Source: an uncultured Acidobacteriota bacterium (GTDB taxonomy: Bacteria > Acidobacteriota > Vicinamibacteria > Vicinamibacterales > UBA2999). Taken from it: DNA of 64,000 nt. The translations under genes were made by a program, and so were the position numbers. The stretch's first letter is position 1. Every line of letters begins with the position of its first letter. This document shows, in pieces, positions 31,235 through 40,842 of this stretch. The stretch is from NCBI GenBank assembly GCA_963841905.1, contig CAWJEM010000006.1, forward strand, positions 14,776-78,775, read 5' to 3'. A model generated the notes under the pieces. It ran no database searches. It was not told the DNA's origin and saw only the letters and a program-made list of their open reading frames with translations.

Positions 31235-32485
31235 CTACTGCGAGCCGGTGCCAAAGGCAGCGCGCCCAAGCTCGGCGAGCGACTCGATGCTGTTCGGAGG
31301 AGAAACGAGTGAGTCGTACGAGAAGAGAATGACCCCTGCCGTCTTCAGTCGACGTGCGGCTGCAATGTGTTGGAGCGTGGCAGAGGCACTCAATCGATAT
31401 GCGCCGATGCCCGCCCACACGCCGCGACCCGCCGCCAGGTCCTGGGCTTCGCTGATTTGGCGCTCGAACACCGCGACATCCGGCGTGTACGCCATCGGGC
31501 ACACGACGTCCACGAGCGATTGATCGAGCCACGTGCGCCAGTCCTGTAATCGTGAATCGCTCGCGTGCGTGTGCTCCGGGACCACGGCGGCGCTGACCAC
31601 GATGGTCGGTCGCACCGCCTTGACGGCCGCGCGAACACTCGTCACCAAGGCGGTGAGCCGTGACCTCCGAAAGGAGGTCCACTGATCACGAAACAGCTCA
31701 GGATAGGCGATTGGATCCGCCCGTTCTTGCGCATCGGCCCGTCGTCTATCAGCCGCGCTCAGCTCGGGCAGAATCGCGCGCTTGAATTGCTGAATCGCCG
31801 TCTTGCTGTAGTCGAACTCCTCGTTGGGAAATCTCACGTAGTCCAGATGAACCCCATCCAGTTCGTAGTTCGTGGCCAGCTCAGTGATGATTGCCGTCAC
31901 GTGGGAAGCAGCCCAGGGATGGATAGGGGACGCGTACAGGCCTTCGACCTCGGTTGGCCGTGAGCGAGTCCAGCGAGCCAGACGCGCAACGTACTCGGGG
32001 CTTCTCGGGTCGAGCCGATTCAGCCCTCGCGCCAGCGCTTTGGGCACCATCAACCAGTCCGGTTGTCGATGGATGATGTGTTGCGGCGACGTGGGGAGGT
32101 CCACCGCACTCGAAACCAGGTTCACGGCGACCCACGCGTGGACCTGCAGACCTTCGCGATGCGCGAGGGTAATGGTTTCCGCCAGCGGATCAAAGCTGGG
32201 CCGGAGCGCGAGCTCGGCCGGGCGAGGCTCGAACGAGCTGCGATAGTACGCGTCGCCTCGGCCGCGCACCTGCATCACGATGGTGTTGAAGCCGCCGCTT
32301 TGTGCGGCACTGACCATGCGGGCAATGGATTCCGGGGTGACGAGTGTGCTTCGAGTCACCCAGAGGGCGCGCACTTCTGCTGAATAGTCGGCGTCCTTGG
32401 TAGCCGCCGCATCACCGTCGAGACTGGTGAGGAGCGCCAGACACACCGCCACCACATACCTGGCGCCAGCGTGTTCAAGGGGCAT
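31235..32485 (-). CDS. Glycosyl hydrolase-like 10 (GHL10; YddW/DigH-like) exported protein
   Basis: Signal peptide from ATG 32485; EVRALWV, GFNTIVMQVRGRGDAYY, FDPL, HAWV, YELDGVHLDYVRFP, QDWRTWL and PMAY. Confidence 0.88.
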   Translation of the reverse strand: MPLEHAGARYVVAVCLALLTSLDGDAAATKDADYSAEVRALWVTRSTLVTPESIARMVSAAQSGGFNTIVMQVRGRGDAYYRSSFEPRPAELALRPSFDPLAETITLAHREGLQVHAWVAVNLVSSAVDLPTSPQHIIHRQPDWLMVPKALARGLNRLDPRSPEYVARLARWTRSRPTEVEGLYASPIHPWAASHVTAIITELATNYELDGVHLDYVRFPNEEFDYSKTAIQQFKRAILPELSAADRRRADAQERADPIAYPELFRDQWTSFRRSRLTALVTSVRAAVKAVRPTIVVSAAVVPEHTHASDSRLQDWRTWLDQSLVDVVCPMAYTPDVAVFERQISEAQDLAAGRGVWAGIGAYRLSASATLQHIAAARRLKTAGVILFSYDSLVSPPNSIESLAELGRAAFGTGSQ

Positions 32486-32516
32486 CAAAGTCGAGAATCT
32501 AACATAAGCTGTGAGC

Positions 32517-33476
32517 ATGTATGTGCTCGGCATCGATGCCGGAGGCACGAAGACGGTCTGTTACTTCGCTGACGGCGAGGGCCGCATCGTCGGCGAAGGC
32601 CGCGGCGGCGGCGCCAACCTTCAGGCGCACGGTGAGCTCGAGGTCGAGAAAGTCCTGCACGCGGTCATCGAGACCGCCGTCGGCAATCGATCGATCATTC
32701 CGACCGCCGTGTGTCTCGGCATCGCCGGTGTTGATCGTGAGGACGACGACATCATCGTCCGCGGCATCATGCGACGCCTCGGCTTTCGCACCAATGCGCT
32801 GGTCGTCAACGACGCCCTCATTGCGCTGGTCGCTGGCACCGGCGACGATCCCGGAGTGGTGTTGATCGCGGGCACGGGCTCCATCGCCTACGGCGTCAAC
32901 CAGGATGGTTTTGCGGCTCGGTCGGGCGGCTGGGGTTATGTGCTTGGTGACGAAGGCTCGGGATACTGGATCGGCCAACAGGCGCTCAATGCGGTCGTGC
33001 GCTCGACCGACGGCCGCGGGTCGCCGACCCGTCTGGCACCACTGGTCCTGGAGCACTTGCAGCTCACGAAGGTCGAAGGGCTGGTCCACGAGGTCTACGA
33101 CCGAGGGTTGCAACGCCAGGCTGTCACCGCACTGGGGCCGGTGGTCGAACGTGCGCGCGCGGAGGGCGATCTCGTCGCCGCTGAGATCATGAACGCCGCG
33201 GCCGATGAACTGGTGCGCGCCGCTGCGTCGGTGATTGAGCGCCTGCAAATGCGCGGGTTGGCCTTCCGCATCGTGCTGGCGGGGAGCATGTTTCGGTTGG
33301 TGCCGTGGCTGACGAATGCGGTCGTGACGCGTCTGGCGGAGGTTGCGCCCCGCGCAACCGCGGCGCGACTCGAGATCGAGCCGGCGGTCGGTGCACTGCA
33401 CCTGGCGCTCCGAGCAGCCCACGGCGAGATGCGGATTCCGCCGTACCTCGAGACGAGCACTCCCACTACGGCGTGA
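32517..33476 (+). CDS. BadF/BadG/BcrA/BcrD family amino-sugar kinase (GlcNAc/MurNAc kinase, MurK-like)
   Basis: GIDAGGTKT, GIAG, VNDA, IAGTGS and GGWGYVLGDEGSGYWIG; adjacent to nagB and murQ. Confidence 0.88.
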   Translation: MYVLGIDAGGTKTVCYFADGEGRIVGEGRGGGANLQAHGELEVEKVLHAVIETAVGNRSIIPTAVCLGIAGVDREDDDIIVRGIMRRLGFRTNALVVNDALIALVAGTGDDPGVVLIAGTGSIAYGVNQDGFAARSGGWGYVLGDEGSGYWIGQQALNAVVRSTDGRGSPTRLAPLVLEHLQLTKVEGLVHEVYDRGLQRQAVTALGPVVERARAEGDLVAAEIMNAAADELVRAAASVIERLQMRGLAFRIVLAGSMFRLVPWLTNAVVTRLAEVAPRATAARLEIEPAVGALHLALRAAHGEMRIPPYLETSTPTTA

Positions 33477-34213
33477 CTCCTGAAACGTTCGCGTCGGAGC
33501 TCGATCTGGCCGCGGCGCTTGGCCGACGCATCATCGAGATCGTTCGTCGTCATCCCTCCATCGTGCTGGCCCTGCCGACTGGACGTACGCCAATTGCGCT
33601 GTACAACGAGCTGGTACGACTGACTCGGCTCGAACATGTCGATTGGGCGAGCGTCAGAACCTTCAACCTCGATGAATTTGTCGGCCTGGGGACGGGCGAC
33701 GCCGGGAGCTATCGAAGCTTCATGCACGCCAGGTTCTTTGATCACGTCAATCTGCGTGATGAGCACATCGGCTTTCTCGATGGCCGCGCCGCCGACGTCG
33801 AGAGAGAGTGCGCGCGCTACGAACGGGCGATCGCTGACGCGGGTGGCATCGATGTCATGATTCTGGGTATTGGCGCCAACGGCCATGTCGGTTTCAATGA
33901 ACCTTCCGATGCCCTCGTGGCACGGACGCACAAGGCGACACTCGACCCGCTCACGCGCGCGAGCAATACCCTGTGGTTTGGCGGCGAAGTCGACAGAGTT
34001 CCACGTGAGGCCCTCACCATGGGGATGGCAACGATTCTCCAGGCGCGCGGCATCGTGTTGATGGGGACAGGGGAGTCGAAAGCCGAAGCCGTCCACGCGG
34101 TTCTCACCGGCGGGGTGACGACGCAGGTACCAGCCTCGTTTTTGACGGTTCACCCGCAAGTGACGATGATGATCGACGAGCCGCTGGCTGAGGCGCTTGC
34201 TACTCTCCCATGA
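33473..34213 (+). CDS. nagB: Glucosamine-6-phosphate deaminase
   Basis: Start GTG 33473; LPTGRTP, TFNLDEFVG, GGIDVMILGIGANGHVGFNEP, ALTMG and PASFL. Confidence 0.93.
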   Translation: MTPETFASELDLAAALGRRIIEIVRRHPSIVLALPTGRTPIALYNELVRLTRLEHVDWASVRTFNLDEFVGLGTGDAGSYRSFMHARFFDHVNLRDEHIGFLDGRAADVERECARYERAIADAGGIDVMILGIGANGHVGFNEPSDALVARTHKATLDPLTRASNTLWFGGEVDRVPREALTMGMATILQARGIVLMGTGESKAEAVHAVLTGGVTTQVPASFLTVHPQVTMMIDEPLAEALATLP

Positions 34214-35141
34214 GCTGACGAAGTCGAGGTTCGATGTCCTCGCCAATGGCGTCTCGAACTTGATCCTTCGCTTTTCGCAGGCGGGCGACCGCCTTCCCGT
34301 AGGGGAGACCGGTCTTCTGCATCACGATCGCCACCTTCACGTTCCAGTTGGCCTTCTTCAGCAACTTGTCGATATCGTCGCCTTCGAGGCCCGTGACCAT
34401 CTGAAGGATGCGGCGAGCGCGATCGCGGAGCTTGTCGGAGTTGGTCTGCACGTCGACCATCAGGTTGCCGTAGGTCTTACCCGTGAGAATCATCGCCGCC
34501 GTGGTCAGCATGTTGAGCACGAGCTTGGTGGCGGTGCCGGCTTTGAGACGCGTCGAGCCGGCGATGATTTCAGGTCCGACAGCGGGAGCGATCGTCACGT
34601 CGACGAAGGTTTGCAGCTCCGTTCGCGGGTCGCAGGTCACGAAGATGATTCGTGCACCGGCTTGCCGGGACATGGTCAAAGCCCCACGCACGAACGATGT
34701 CATACCACTCGCCGATACGCCAATCACGACGTCGCGTTTGGTCGGCTGCAGGCGGCTGACCTGGCGGGCGCCCTCCTCGTAATTGTCTTCGACCCCTTCC
34801 TTGGCCTTCAGAATCGCGCCCTTGCCGCCGGCCATGATGGCCTGAACCATCTCGGCGTCCGTGCCGAAGGTCGGTGGCATCTCGGCGGATTCGAGCACAC
34901 CCAGGCGTCCACTCGTGCCTGCGCCGACAAACACGACGCGGCCATTCAAACGCAGCGCTTTGGCGATGATGTCGGCGCCCAACGCGATCCGGTCACGTTC
35001 GCGCTGGACGGCTGCGAGCATCTTGCGGTCTTCGGCAATCATCAGGTCGACGATGCCGCTGGCCGGAAGTTTGTCGATGGCGAGAGTGGCAGGGTTGATA
35101 GCTTCGGTGGGAAGGGACTGCCACTTCGAACGCGTGGGCAT
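34200..35141 (-). CDS. murQ: N-acetylmuramic acid 6-phosphate etherase
   Basis: TEAINP, GAGTSGRLGVLESAEMPPTFG, EGVED, SASG, GPEIIAGSTRLKAGTATKLVLNM and YGNLMVDV. Confidence 0.95.
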   Translation of the reverse strand: MPTRSKWQSLPTEAINPATLAIDKLPASGIVDLMIAEDRKMLAAVQRERDRIALGADIIAKALRLNGRVVFVGAGTSGRLGVLESAEMPPTFGTDAEMVQAIMAGGKGAILKAKEGVEDNYEEGARQVSRLQPTKRDVVIGVSASGMTSFVRGALTMSRQAGARIIFVTCDPRTELQTFVDVTIAPAVGPEIIAGSTRLKAGTATKLVLNMLTTAAMILTGKTYGNLMVDVQTNSDKLRDRARRILQMVTGLEGDDIDKLLKKANWNVKVAIVMQKTGLPYGKAVARLRKAKDQVRDAIGEDIEPRLRQLMGE

Positions 35142-35246
35142 CTAACGGTGCTCCAAGGACTGCTGCTCTCTGCGCTCAATGGAATGGAGCAGCAGGTTCA
35201 GGGCAAACGGCGATCTTAGCATGAGGCGGCGTTGTAAGCTGGCAGG

Positions 35247-36137
35247 GTGAGCGCACGCATCGACGACTACCTGGCCCATCTTCAGTACGAACGCCGGGTG
35301 TCCGAGCACACCTTGGAGGGATATGGGCGCGATCTGGTGGAGCTCGGCCGCCATGCGGCGCAGGCCGCGCGTCCAGTTGAGCGGCTGACACGAGCGGATC
35401 TGGAAGCATTCGTGAGAACGCTGATGGGAGAGGGACGGTCGCCACGCTCGGTCGCTCGAGCGGTGGCCTGTGTTCGCGGGTTCTACCGCTTTCTTGCCCT
35501 TCATGGGCACGTCAAGGACAACCCCGCTGTTGACCTGCAGGCGCCGCGCACGTGGAAGGTGCTCCCGAAATTCCTCTCGATTGAGGATGTCGATCGATTG
35601 CTGAAGACGCCGGACGTCACAACGCCGCGCGGGCTCCGTGACCGCGCACTCATCGAGGTGCTTTATGCAACCGGCCTGCGTGTCTCGGAGCTCGTGCAGC
35701 TCCGGCCGCAGGATCTGCACCTCGATGCCGGCTATCTCACGACGCTGGGCAAGGGACGCAAGCAGCGCCTCGTTCCAATCGGCGACGAAGCCGCGCAGTG
35801 GGTGACGAGGTACCTACGGGAAGGGCGACCGGCGCTGCTGGGACGACGATCGTCGCCGCGTCTGTTCGTCAACGCGCGCGGCGGAGGGCCTGGGATCACG
35901 CGCGTCGGCTTCTGGAAGATCCTCAAGGGCTACGGCGCCACGTTGGGCTTTGCGCGACAGATCAGTCCGCACGTACTGCGCCACTCGTTCGCAACCCATT
36001 TGCTGGAGCGCGGTGCCGACCTGCGATCGATCCAGATGATGCTGGGGCACGCGGACGTGTCGACCACGCAAATCTACACGCACATCCTCGATGCCCGGAT
36101 GCGTGCGCTGTACGATCGCTATCATCCTCGTGCATGA
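35247..36137 (+). CDS. xerD: Site-specific tyrosine recombinase XerD
   Basis: LPKFLS, RDRALIEVLYATGLRVSEL, GKGRKQRLVP, SPHVLRHSFATHLLERGADLRSIQMMLGH, STTQIYTH and C-terminal HPRA. XerD rather than XerC is judged from the motifs. Confidence 0.88.
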   Translation: MSARIDDYLAHLQYERRVSEHTLEGYGRDLVELGRHAAQAARPVERLTRADLEAFVRTLMGEGRSPRSVARAVACVRGFYRFLALHGHVKDNPAVDLQAPRTWKVLPKFLSIEDVDRLLKTPDVTTPRGLRDRALIEVLYATGLRVSELVQLRPQDLHLDAGYLTTLGKGRKQRLVPIGDEAAQWVTRYLREGRPALLGRRSSPRLFVNARGGGPGITRVGFWKILKGYGATLGFARQISPHVLRHSFATHLLERGADLRSIQMMLGHADVSTTQIYTHILDARMRALYDRYHPRA

Positions 36138-36146
36138 CGCGGGACC

Positions 36147-36198
36147 GCGGAAACGCGGAAACGACGGAAACCGGAGCGGAAACGCGGAACGCGGAAAA
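36147..36198 (+). repeat. Unpaired ~8-bp tandem array (GCGGAAAC)
   Basis: gcggaaacgcggaaacgacggaaaccggagcggaaacgcggaacgcggaaa directly after the xerD stop. Confidence 0.75.
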
Positions 36199-36246
36199 GA
36201 TGGAATCAGTGAAATGCCTCTCGGCAAGCTTGTTGTCCCGTAACCA

Positions 36247-37953
36247 GTGACGCGCCTCTTCGGGCTTCTTTTTCTCGCGCTGGTCGGTGGCATCGCCGCG
36301 TTGATGGTGCTGCTGACGCCGCCAGCGCGACCGCCCGCCGCTTCAACGACGTTCGCGCCCACCTGGCCGACCGGCAAGGGCGCCTTTCATGTGCACTCGG
36401 CACGATCGGACGGCACCGGCACACTTGACGAGATCGCAGCCGCCGCGGCTGCGGCCGGCCTCCACTTCGTGATCCTCACCGATCACGGCGACGGCACTCG
36501 TTCCCCCGACCCGCCGCGGTATCGATCAGGCGTTTTGTGCATCGACGGTGTGGAGATCAGCACCAACGGAGGCCACTATGCGGTCGTTGGCCTCGAAACC
36601 GCACCGTTCCCCTTGGCTGGTGACGCTCGCGATGTGGTCGAAGACGTGACCCGGCTCGGAGGGTTTGGCTTTGCCGCCCACCCCGGGTCGCCGAAGCCGG
36701 AACTGCAGTGGCACGACTGGCAAGCGCCCATGGATGGCATCGAGTGGCTGAACGCCGATAGCGAGTGGCGTGACGAAGTCTGGGGGTCGCTCGGTCGCGT
36801 GCTCTTCGCCTACCCGAGGAGGCCAGTCGAAACGCTGGCCGCGCTGCTCGACCGCCCCGCGGCGGTGCTGCAACAGTGGAGCAAGGCCACCGAGAAACGG
36901 CGAGTGCCCGCGATGGCGGCCGCGGACGCGCACGCGCGACTGGGGTTCGGACCAGCCGCCGATCCGTACGAGGATCGCATCGTCGCGCGCGTGCCGCCCT
37001 ACCAGGTGTCGTTCGAAGCCTTCATGAATCACGTCGTGCTCGACGCACCACTGACGGGAGACGCGACGAAGGACGCCGCAGCGATTGTCAGTGGCATTCG
37101 CGAGGGCAGGATGTTTTCGTCGATCGATGGACGCGCGCGTTTTTCTGCGTTCGAGGCGCGTGCGTGGAACGGCGCCGCTATCGTCCGCATCGGCGAGTAT
37201 CTCGATCCGATGGGGCCGGTGACGCTCGAGGCGAGGATCGCGGCGCCTTCCGGCACCACGCTCGCGGTCCTGCGCAACGGAACGGTCTTGTACGAAACAC
37301 AGAGTGACTCGCTGAGGCTCGACGTCGGAAACGAAACCGGCGCCTATCACTTCGAAGCGTATCTTGCGGGACGCGACCGCCGATCCGACGTGCCATGGCT
37401 CTTGACCAATCCGATTTACGTCGGCTTGCGGGAGATGCATCGACGAGCCTCGATGCCAGTCCAGCAGCCGCCCGTCACTGATCGCGCGCCGCTCGCGACG
37501 GTGACCTGGCGAGCCGAAGCCAGTCCCGACTCGAAGAGCGCACTTCACCCGGGCAGGTTGAGCGATGGAACACCGGCGCTCGAATGGCGGTTCGGTGTGG
37601 CGGACGGCGAGCGCCGAAACCAATACGCCGCCCTCAGGTTTCCGGTCGAGCGCGGACGGCTCGCGCAGTACGACCGCTTGCAAGTGCGGGCCCTGAGCGA
37701 TTCGCCACGTCGAGTCTGGGCGCAACTGCGATCGGACGATCACGGCCTGCGGTGGGGGAGGACGTTCTATCTGGATTCGGCGCTGCGCGGGTTGGACCTG
37801 CCGTTTGCGGAGTTTCGAGCCATGGGTTCCGGACAAGCAGGCCAACTGCCGTTACACCAGATCGACTCGGTCCTTCTGGTCGTTGATACGCTCAACTCGC
37901 GCCCCGGCGCCTCCGGCGCGATCTGGATTCCCGATCTCTGGCTGGCGCGGTGA
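36247..37953 (+). CDS. Membrane-anchored PHP-family metallohydrolase (CehA/McbA-like) with C-terminal beta-sandwich (CIA30/CBM-like) domain
   Basis: N-terminal TM; HVHSARSDG, TDH, GVEIS...GH, AHP, IEWLN and ADAH metal ligands. The C-terminal domain assignment is inference. Confidence 0.78.
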   Translation: MTRLFGLLFLALVGGIAALMVLLTPPARPPAASTTFAPTWPTGKGAFHVHSARSDGTGTLDEIAAAAAAAGLHFVILTDHGDGTRSPDPPRYRSGVLCIDGVEISTNGGHYAVVGLETAPFPLAGDARDVVEDVTRLGGFGFAAHPGSPKPELQWHDWQAPMDGIEWLNADSEWRDEVWGSLGRVLFAYPRRPVETLAALLDRPAAVLQQWSKATEKRRVPAMAAADAHARLGFGPAADPYEDRIVARVPPYQVSFEAFMNHVVLDAPLTGDATKDAAAIVSGIREGRMFSSIDGRARFSAFEARAWNGAAIVRIGEYLDPMGPVTLEARIAAPSGTTLAVLRNGTVLYETQSDSLRLDVGNETGAYHFEAYLAGRDRRSDVPWLLTNPIYVGLREMHRRASMPVQQPPVTDRAPLATVTWRAEASPDSKSALHPGRLSDGTPALEWRFGVADGERRNQYAALRFPVERGRLAQYDRLQVRALSDSPRRVWAQLRSDDHGLRWGRTFYLDSALRGLDLPFAEFRAMGSGQAGQLPLHQIDSVLLVVDTLNSRPGASGAIWIPDLWLAR

Positions 37954-38157
37954 AAACAGGTGCGACAAGTGCGGCAGGTGCCGGGGTGCTCGGGGTGCGG
38001 TGCGGTGCACCGGTGCGGTGCCGTGCACGGCTGAAGCTGCGGCACGAGAGCACCGAGTTGTCCCTGTGCACCTGACGCACCCGTGCGCCCCCCACCTGCG
38101 GCACCGCACCGCACCTGTCGCACCTATCGCACCCCAGCACCTGTCGCACCTGTTTCA
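37951..38157. repeat. Inverted pair of GGTGC / GCACC tandem arrays between convergent genes
   Basis: Ends TGAAAACAGGTGCGACAAGTGC and GCACCTGTCGCACCTGTTTCA are near-perfect inverted copies that include both stop codons. Confidence 0.88.
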
Positions 38158-38418
38158 GCGCTCGTACCGTTTCGCAACGTCCCAAATCAACGTCGCGATG
38201 GCCCCGGCCAGGCATGCGCCGGCAGCGCCGAGAATGGCCAGCGCGGTACGCATCGGCGGGGTGCCATAGCCGCCACCGTCGAGGACGGCGATCAGACGAA
38301 GGAAGCCGAAGGCGGCGGTCACGAGCGCCACGAGAAACAGCACAATCCCGAACAGGAGGCGGAGAAGCGATCCCCCGTCGCGTCCCGGCGGGGACGCCGG
38401 CGATGACGTCAAGGGCAT
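38155..38418 (-). CDS. Small hypothetical membrane protein (2 TM)
   Basis: ATG 38418 overlaps the lptFG stop; hydrophobic helices LLRLLFGIVLFLVALVTAAFGFL and ALAILGAAGACLAGAIATLIW. Confidence 0.65.
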   Translation of the reverse strand: MPLTSSPASPPGRDGGSLLRLLFGIVLFLVALVTAAFGFLRLIAVLDGGGYGTPPMRTALAILGAAGACLAGAIATLIWDVAKRYER

Positions 38419-40781
38419 CACGTTCGAACGGTCAGCAGAAGGTAAGCGGCTGACGCCCCGAACAGCAAGTTGGGCGCCCACGCCGCGAGGGCGGGCGGAA
38501 TCAGCCCGCCTGAGCCGAATGCGGCAAACACGCTGATGGCGGTCCAATACACCAACGCCAGCGCGATGCCGACACCGATTCCGTACAGGGCGCCGCGCTT
38601 GCCGGTCGTGAGCGCAAACGGCACCGCAATGAGCGTCATGATGAGCGTGACCAGCGGAAACGCGAATTTCTGGTGTAACGCCACCTTGTGCTCGAGCACG
38701 GTGTAGCCACTGGCCTCGAGCTCGTTGATGTAGCGCCGAAGCTGCGCGAAGGTCATGCGATCCGGCGCGGGTTCTTCGGTGCTGAAATAGTCTGCGGGTT
38801 CGATCGGCGCCCGGCTGGCCTCGAACGGCGCATAGCGGGTCACGTCGCCGTTCACGAAGTCGCGTACCCAGCCCCCCTTCGTCTCCCATGCCGCTTCATC
38901 GTCGGTCAAGCGCGGCAAATAGGTGGCTCGCGACGCGTAGACGCGCTGAACCATTTCGTGCGTCGTCGGATCGAAGCGAAAGACGGACAACGCCGTCAAC
39001 TCGCTGCGCCGGGGATCGAACAGCTGGAAGTGGTAGATCTCACCATTTCGCCCGGCGACCCATTTGCGATTGACCACATCGAAGGTTTCGGGCAGCCCGC
39101 CCCTGATGACGTGATTCAGATAGTCGGCGCGACGATTCGTGAAGGCGAGGATTCGTTCCTCGAACGCGAGCAGAATGCTGCTGGCGCCGATGGCGAACGC
39201 CAGCAGAGGGACCGCGGTCCGGTAGATGCTGATGCCGCAGGCGCGCATGACGATGATCTCGCTATTTTTCGTCAGCAGCCCGATGGTGGCGATCGCTGAC
39301 AACAGCACGGCGATGGCGATGATGTAGTAGAGAAACTGCGGCGTTTCCCACCACAAGTAGGCGAGGAGCGTGCCGAGGGTGACCTGACCTTTGAACAGCT
39401 TGTCCGACTTGTCGAGGAACGTGGAAATGTAGAACAGCCCCATCAGACCCACGACCGAGAGCGTCAGCGTGCGCAGGTAGGTACGCGCGATGTACAGATC
39501 GATCAGGTTCGGGCGGGGCAGCTCGAACTGCGGAATTCTGATCACGACCACCGGACCGGCCGTCCGTGTCGCCGCGGTCGTATGGGTTAGATCTTTACCC
39601 GAAGGCGTCGAGGCCGCGTCCGATTCAGTGCGCGCCCACCACGACGGCAGCCGAAAGCGAAGCGATTGATCGACGCCACGCGCTCGAGAGAGGAGCAACG
39701 CGATGCCGGCGGCGCCGAGCAGGACATTCGGTACCCACATGGCGAGCCATGCCGGCATCAGAGCGCCCTTGGTCATCGCTTCCGAGGTGAACATGATCAC
39801 GTAGTAGGTGAAGATCACCGCGATGCCGAGAACGAAGCTGGCGAGCTTTCCGTCTTTGCGATTGCTGACGCCCAAACCAACCCCGACCAGCGTGAACACG
39901 ATGCAGGCAAACGGGATGGAGAACTTCTTGTGGATCTCCATGACCGGGTTGTGAAACGGCAGGTTGTTGTGCTGCAGTTCGCGAATGCTCGAGCGGAGCT
40001 CGGGGATGGTCATCTCGCGATAGCCGCGCGGCAAAGTGTTCTGAAAAACACTCTGTGGATCCAGCGACACGATGACCTGGTCGAATCGGACCATTTCGTA
40101 GGTCGCCGGGTCGCTGGCTTTGGTGGTGTGCTGGGCGCCGTCCTCGAGCACCATCTCGATGGTGCGAGCCTGGCGGTCGATCAGCATCCGCCCCCGTCGC
40201 GCGACGTAGACGATCGGTTGCGCGGCGTCTTTCATGTCAGCGGCGAAGACGTCCTGCCATCCGCCCTCGAGCGGGATCTCACGGACGTAGAGGACGGTAT
40301 TGGGGAAGTCGTCGAAAAACTCGCGGGCGCGAACCTGGCCTTCGGCGCGGTCGGCCACGATCCCCAAGGTGATCTCCCGGTGGGCCTGGTTCGCATCCGG
40401 AATGGCGCGAGCCAAAACATAAACGTCGCCGGCCGCCGCCGAGAGCGCCAGGATCATCACCGGCCGAAGCAGTCGAAAGGGGCTGACCCCGCACGCCATC
40501 AGCACCACGACCTCGCGATCGCTCGACAGTCGTCCAAAGGCGACGAGGATGCCGAGCAGCAGCGCCATGGGAATGGCCAACCCGAGAGACGCAGGCACCA
40601 ACGTGATCATCAGCCGCAGGATGACTGGCCACGCCACCCCCTTGGCGATCAGCTCCTCGGCCAGCTCGATGATGAATGGAATGATGAGAACAAACGTGAA
40701 GACGACCAGCGCGATGGCAAACGGAGGCAGGATCTCGCGGACGATGTAGCGGTCGAGGAGTCGCACTGAAAGTGTTCTCAT
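38418..40781 (-). CDS. Fused LptF-LptG LPS export ABC permease (two YjgP/YjgQ domains)
   Basis: First half LLDRYIVREIL...GRLSSDREVVVLMACGVS...HKKFSIP...AMWVPN; second half LIDLYIAR...LTKNSEIIVMRACGIS...KFAFP...AAWAPN. Confidence 0.92.
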   Translation of the reverse strand: MRTLSVRLLDRYIVREILPPFAIALVVFTFVLIIPFIIELAEELIAKGVAWPVILRLMITLVPASLGLAIPMALLLGILVAFGRLSSDREVVVLMACGVSPFRLLRPVMILALSAAAGDVYVLARAIPDANQAHREITLGIVADRAEGQVRAREFFDDFPNTVLYVREIPLEGGWQDVFAADMKDAAQPIVYVARRGRMLIDRQARTIEMVLEDGAQHTTKASDPATYEMVRFDQVIVSLDPQSVFQNTLPRGYREMTIPELRSSIRELQHNNLPFHNPVMEIHKKFSIPFACIVFTLVGVGLGVSNRKDGKLASFVLGIAVIFTYYVIMFTSEAMTKGALMPAWLAMWVPNVLLGAAGIALLLSRARGVDQSLRFRLPSWWARTESDAASTPSGKDLTHTTAATRTAGPVVVIRIPQFELPRPNLIDLYIARTYLRTLTLSVVGLMGLFYISTFLDKSDKLFKGQVTLGTLLAYLWWETPQFLYYIIAIAVLLSAIATIGLLTKNSEIIVMRACGISIYRTAVPLLAFAIGASSILLAFEERILAFTNRRADYLNHVIRGGLPETFDVVNRKWVAGRNGEIYHFQLFDPRRSELTALSVFRFDPTTHEMVQRVYASRATYLPRLTDDEAAWETKGGWVRDFVNGDVTRYAPFEASRAPIEPADYFSTEEPAPDRMTFAQLRRYINELEASGYTVLEHKVALHQKFAFPLVTLIMTLIAVPFALTTGKRGALYGIGVGIALALVYWTAISVFAAFGSGGLIPPALAAWAPNLLFGASAAYLLLTVRT

Positions 40782-40842
40782 TATCCAATGGAACGTATCG
40801 GGGGAAAGTGCGCAGACAATCGTCATCGAGCCAGGACATCAG

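Noticed and set aside
35247-36137. Tyrosine recombinase as a phage or island integrase
   Set aside because: Motifs and length fit housekeeping XerD. No att-like repeats, tRNA or cargo genes are adjacent.
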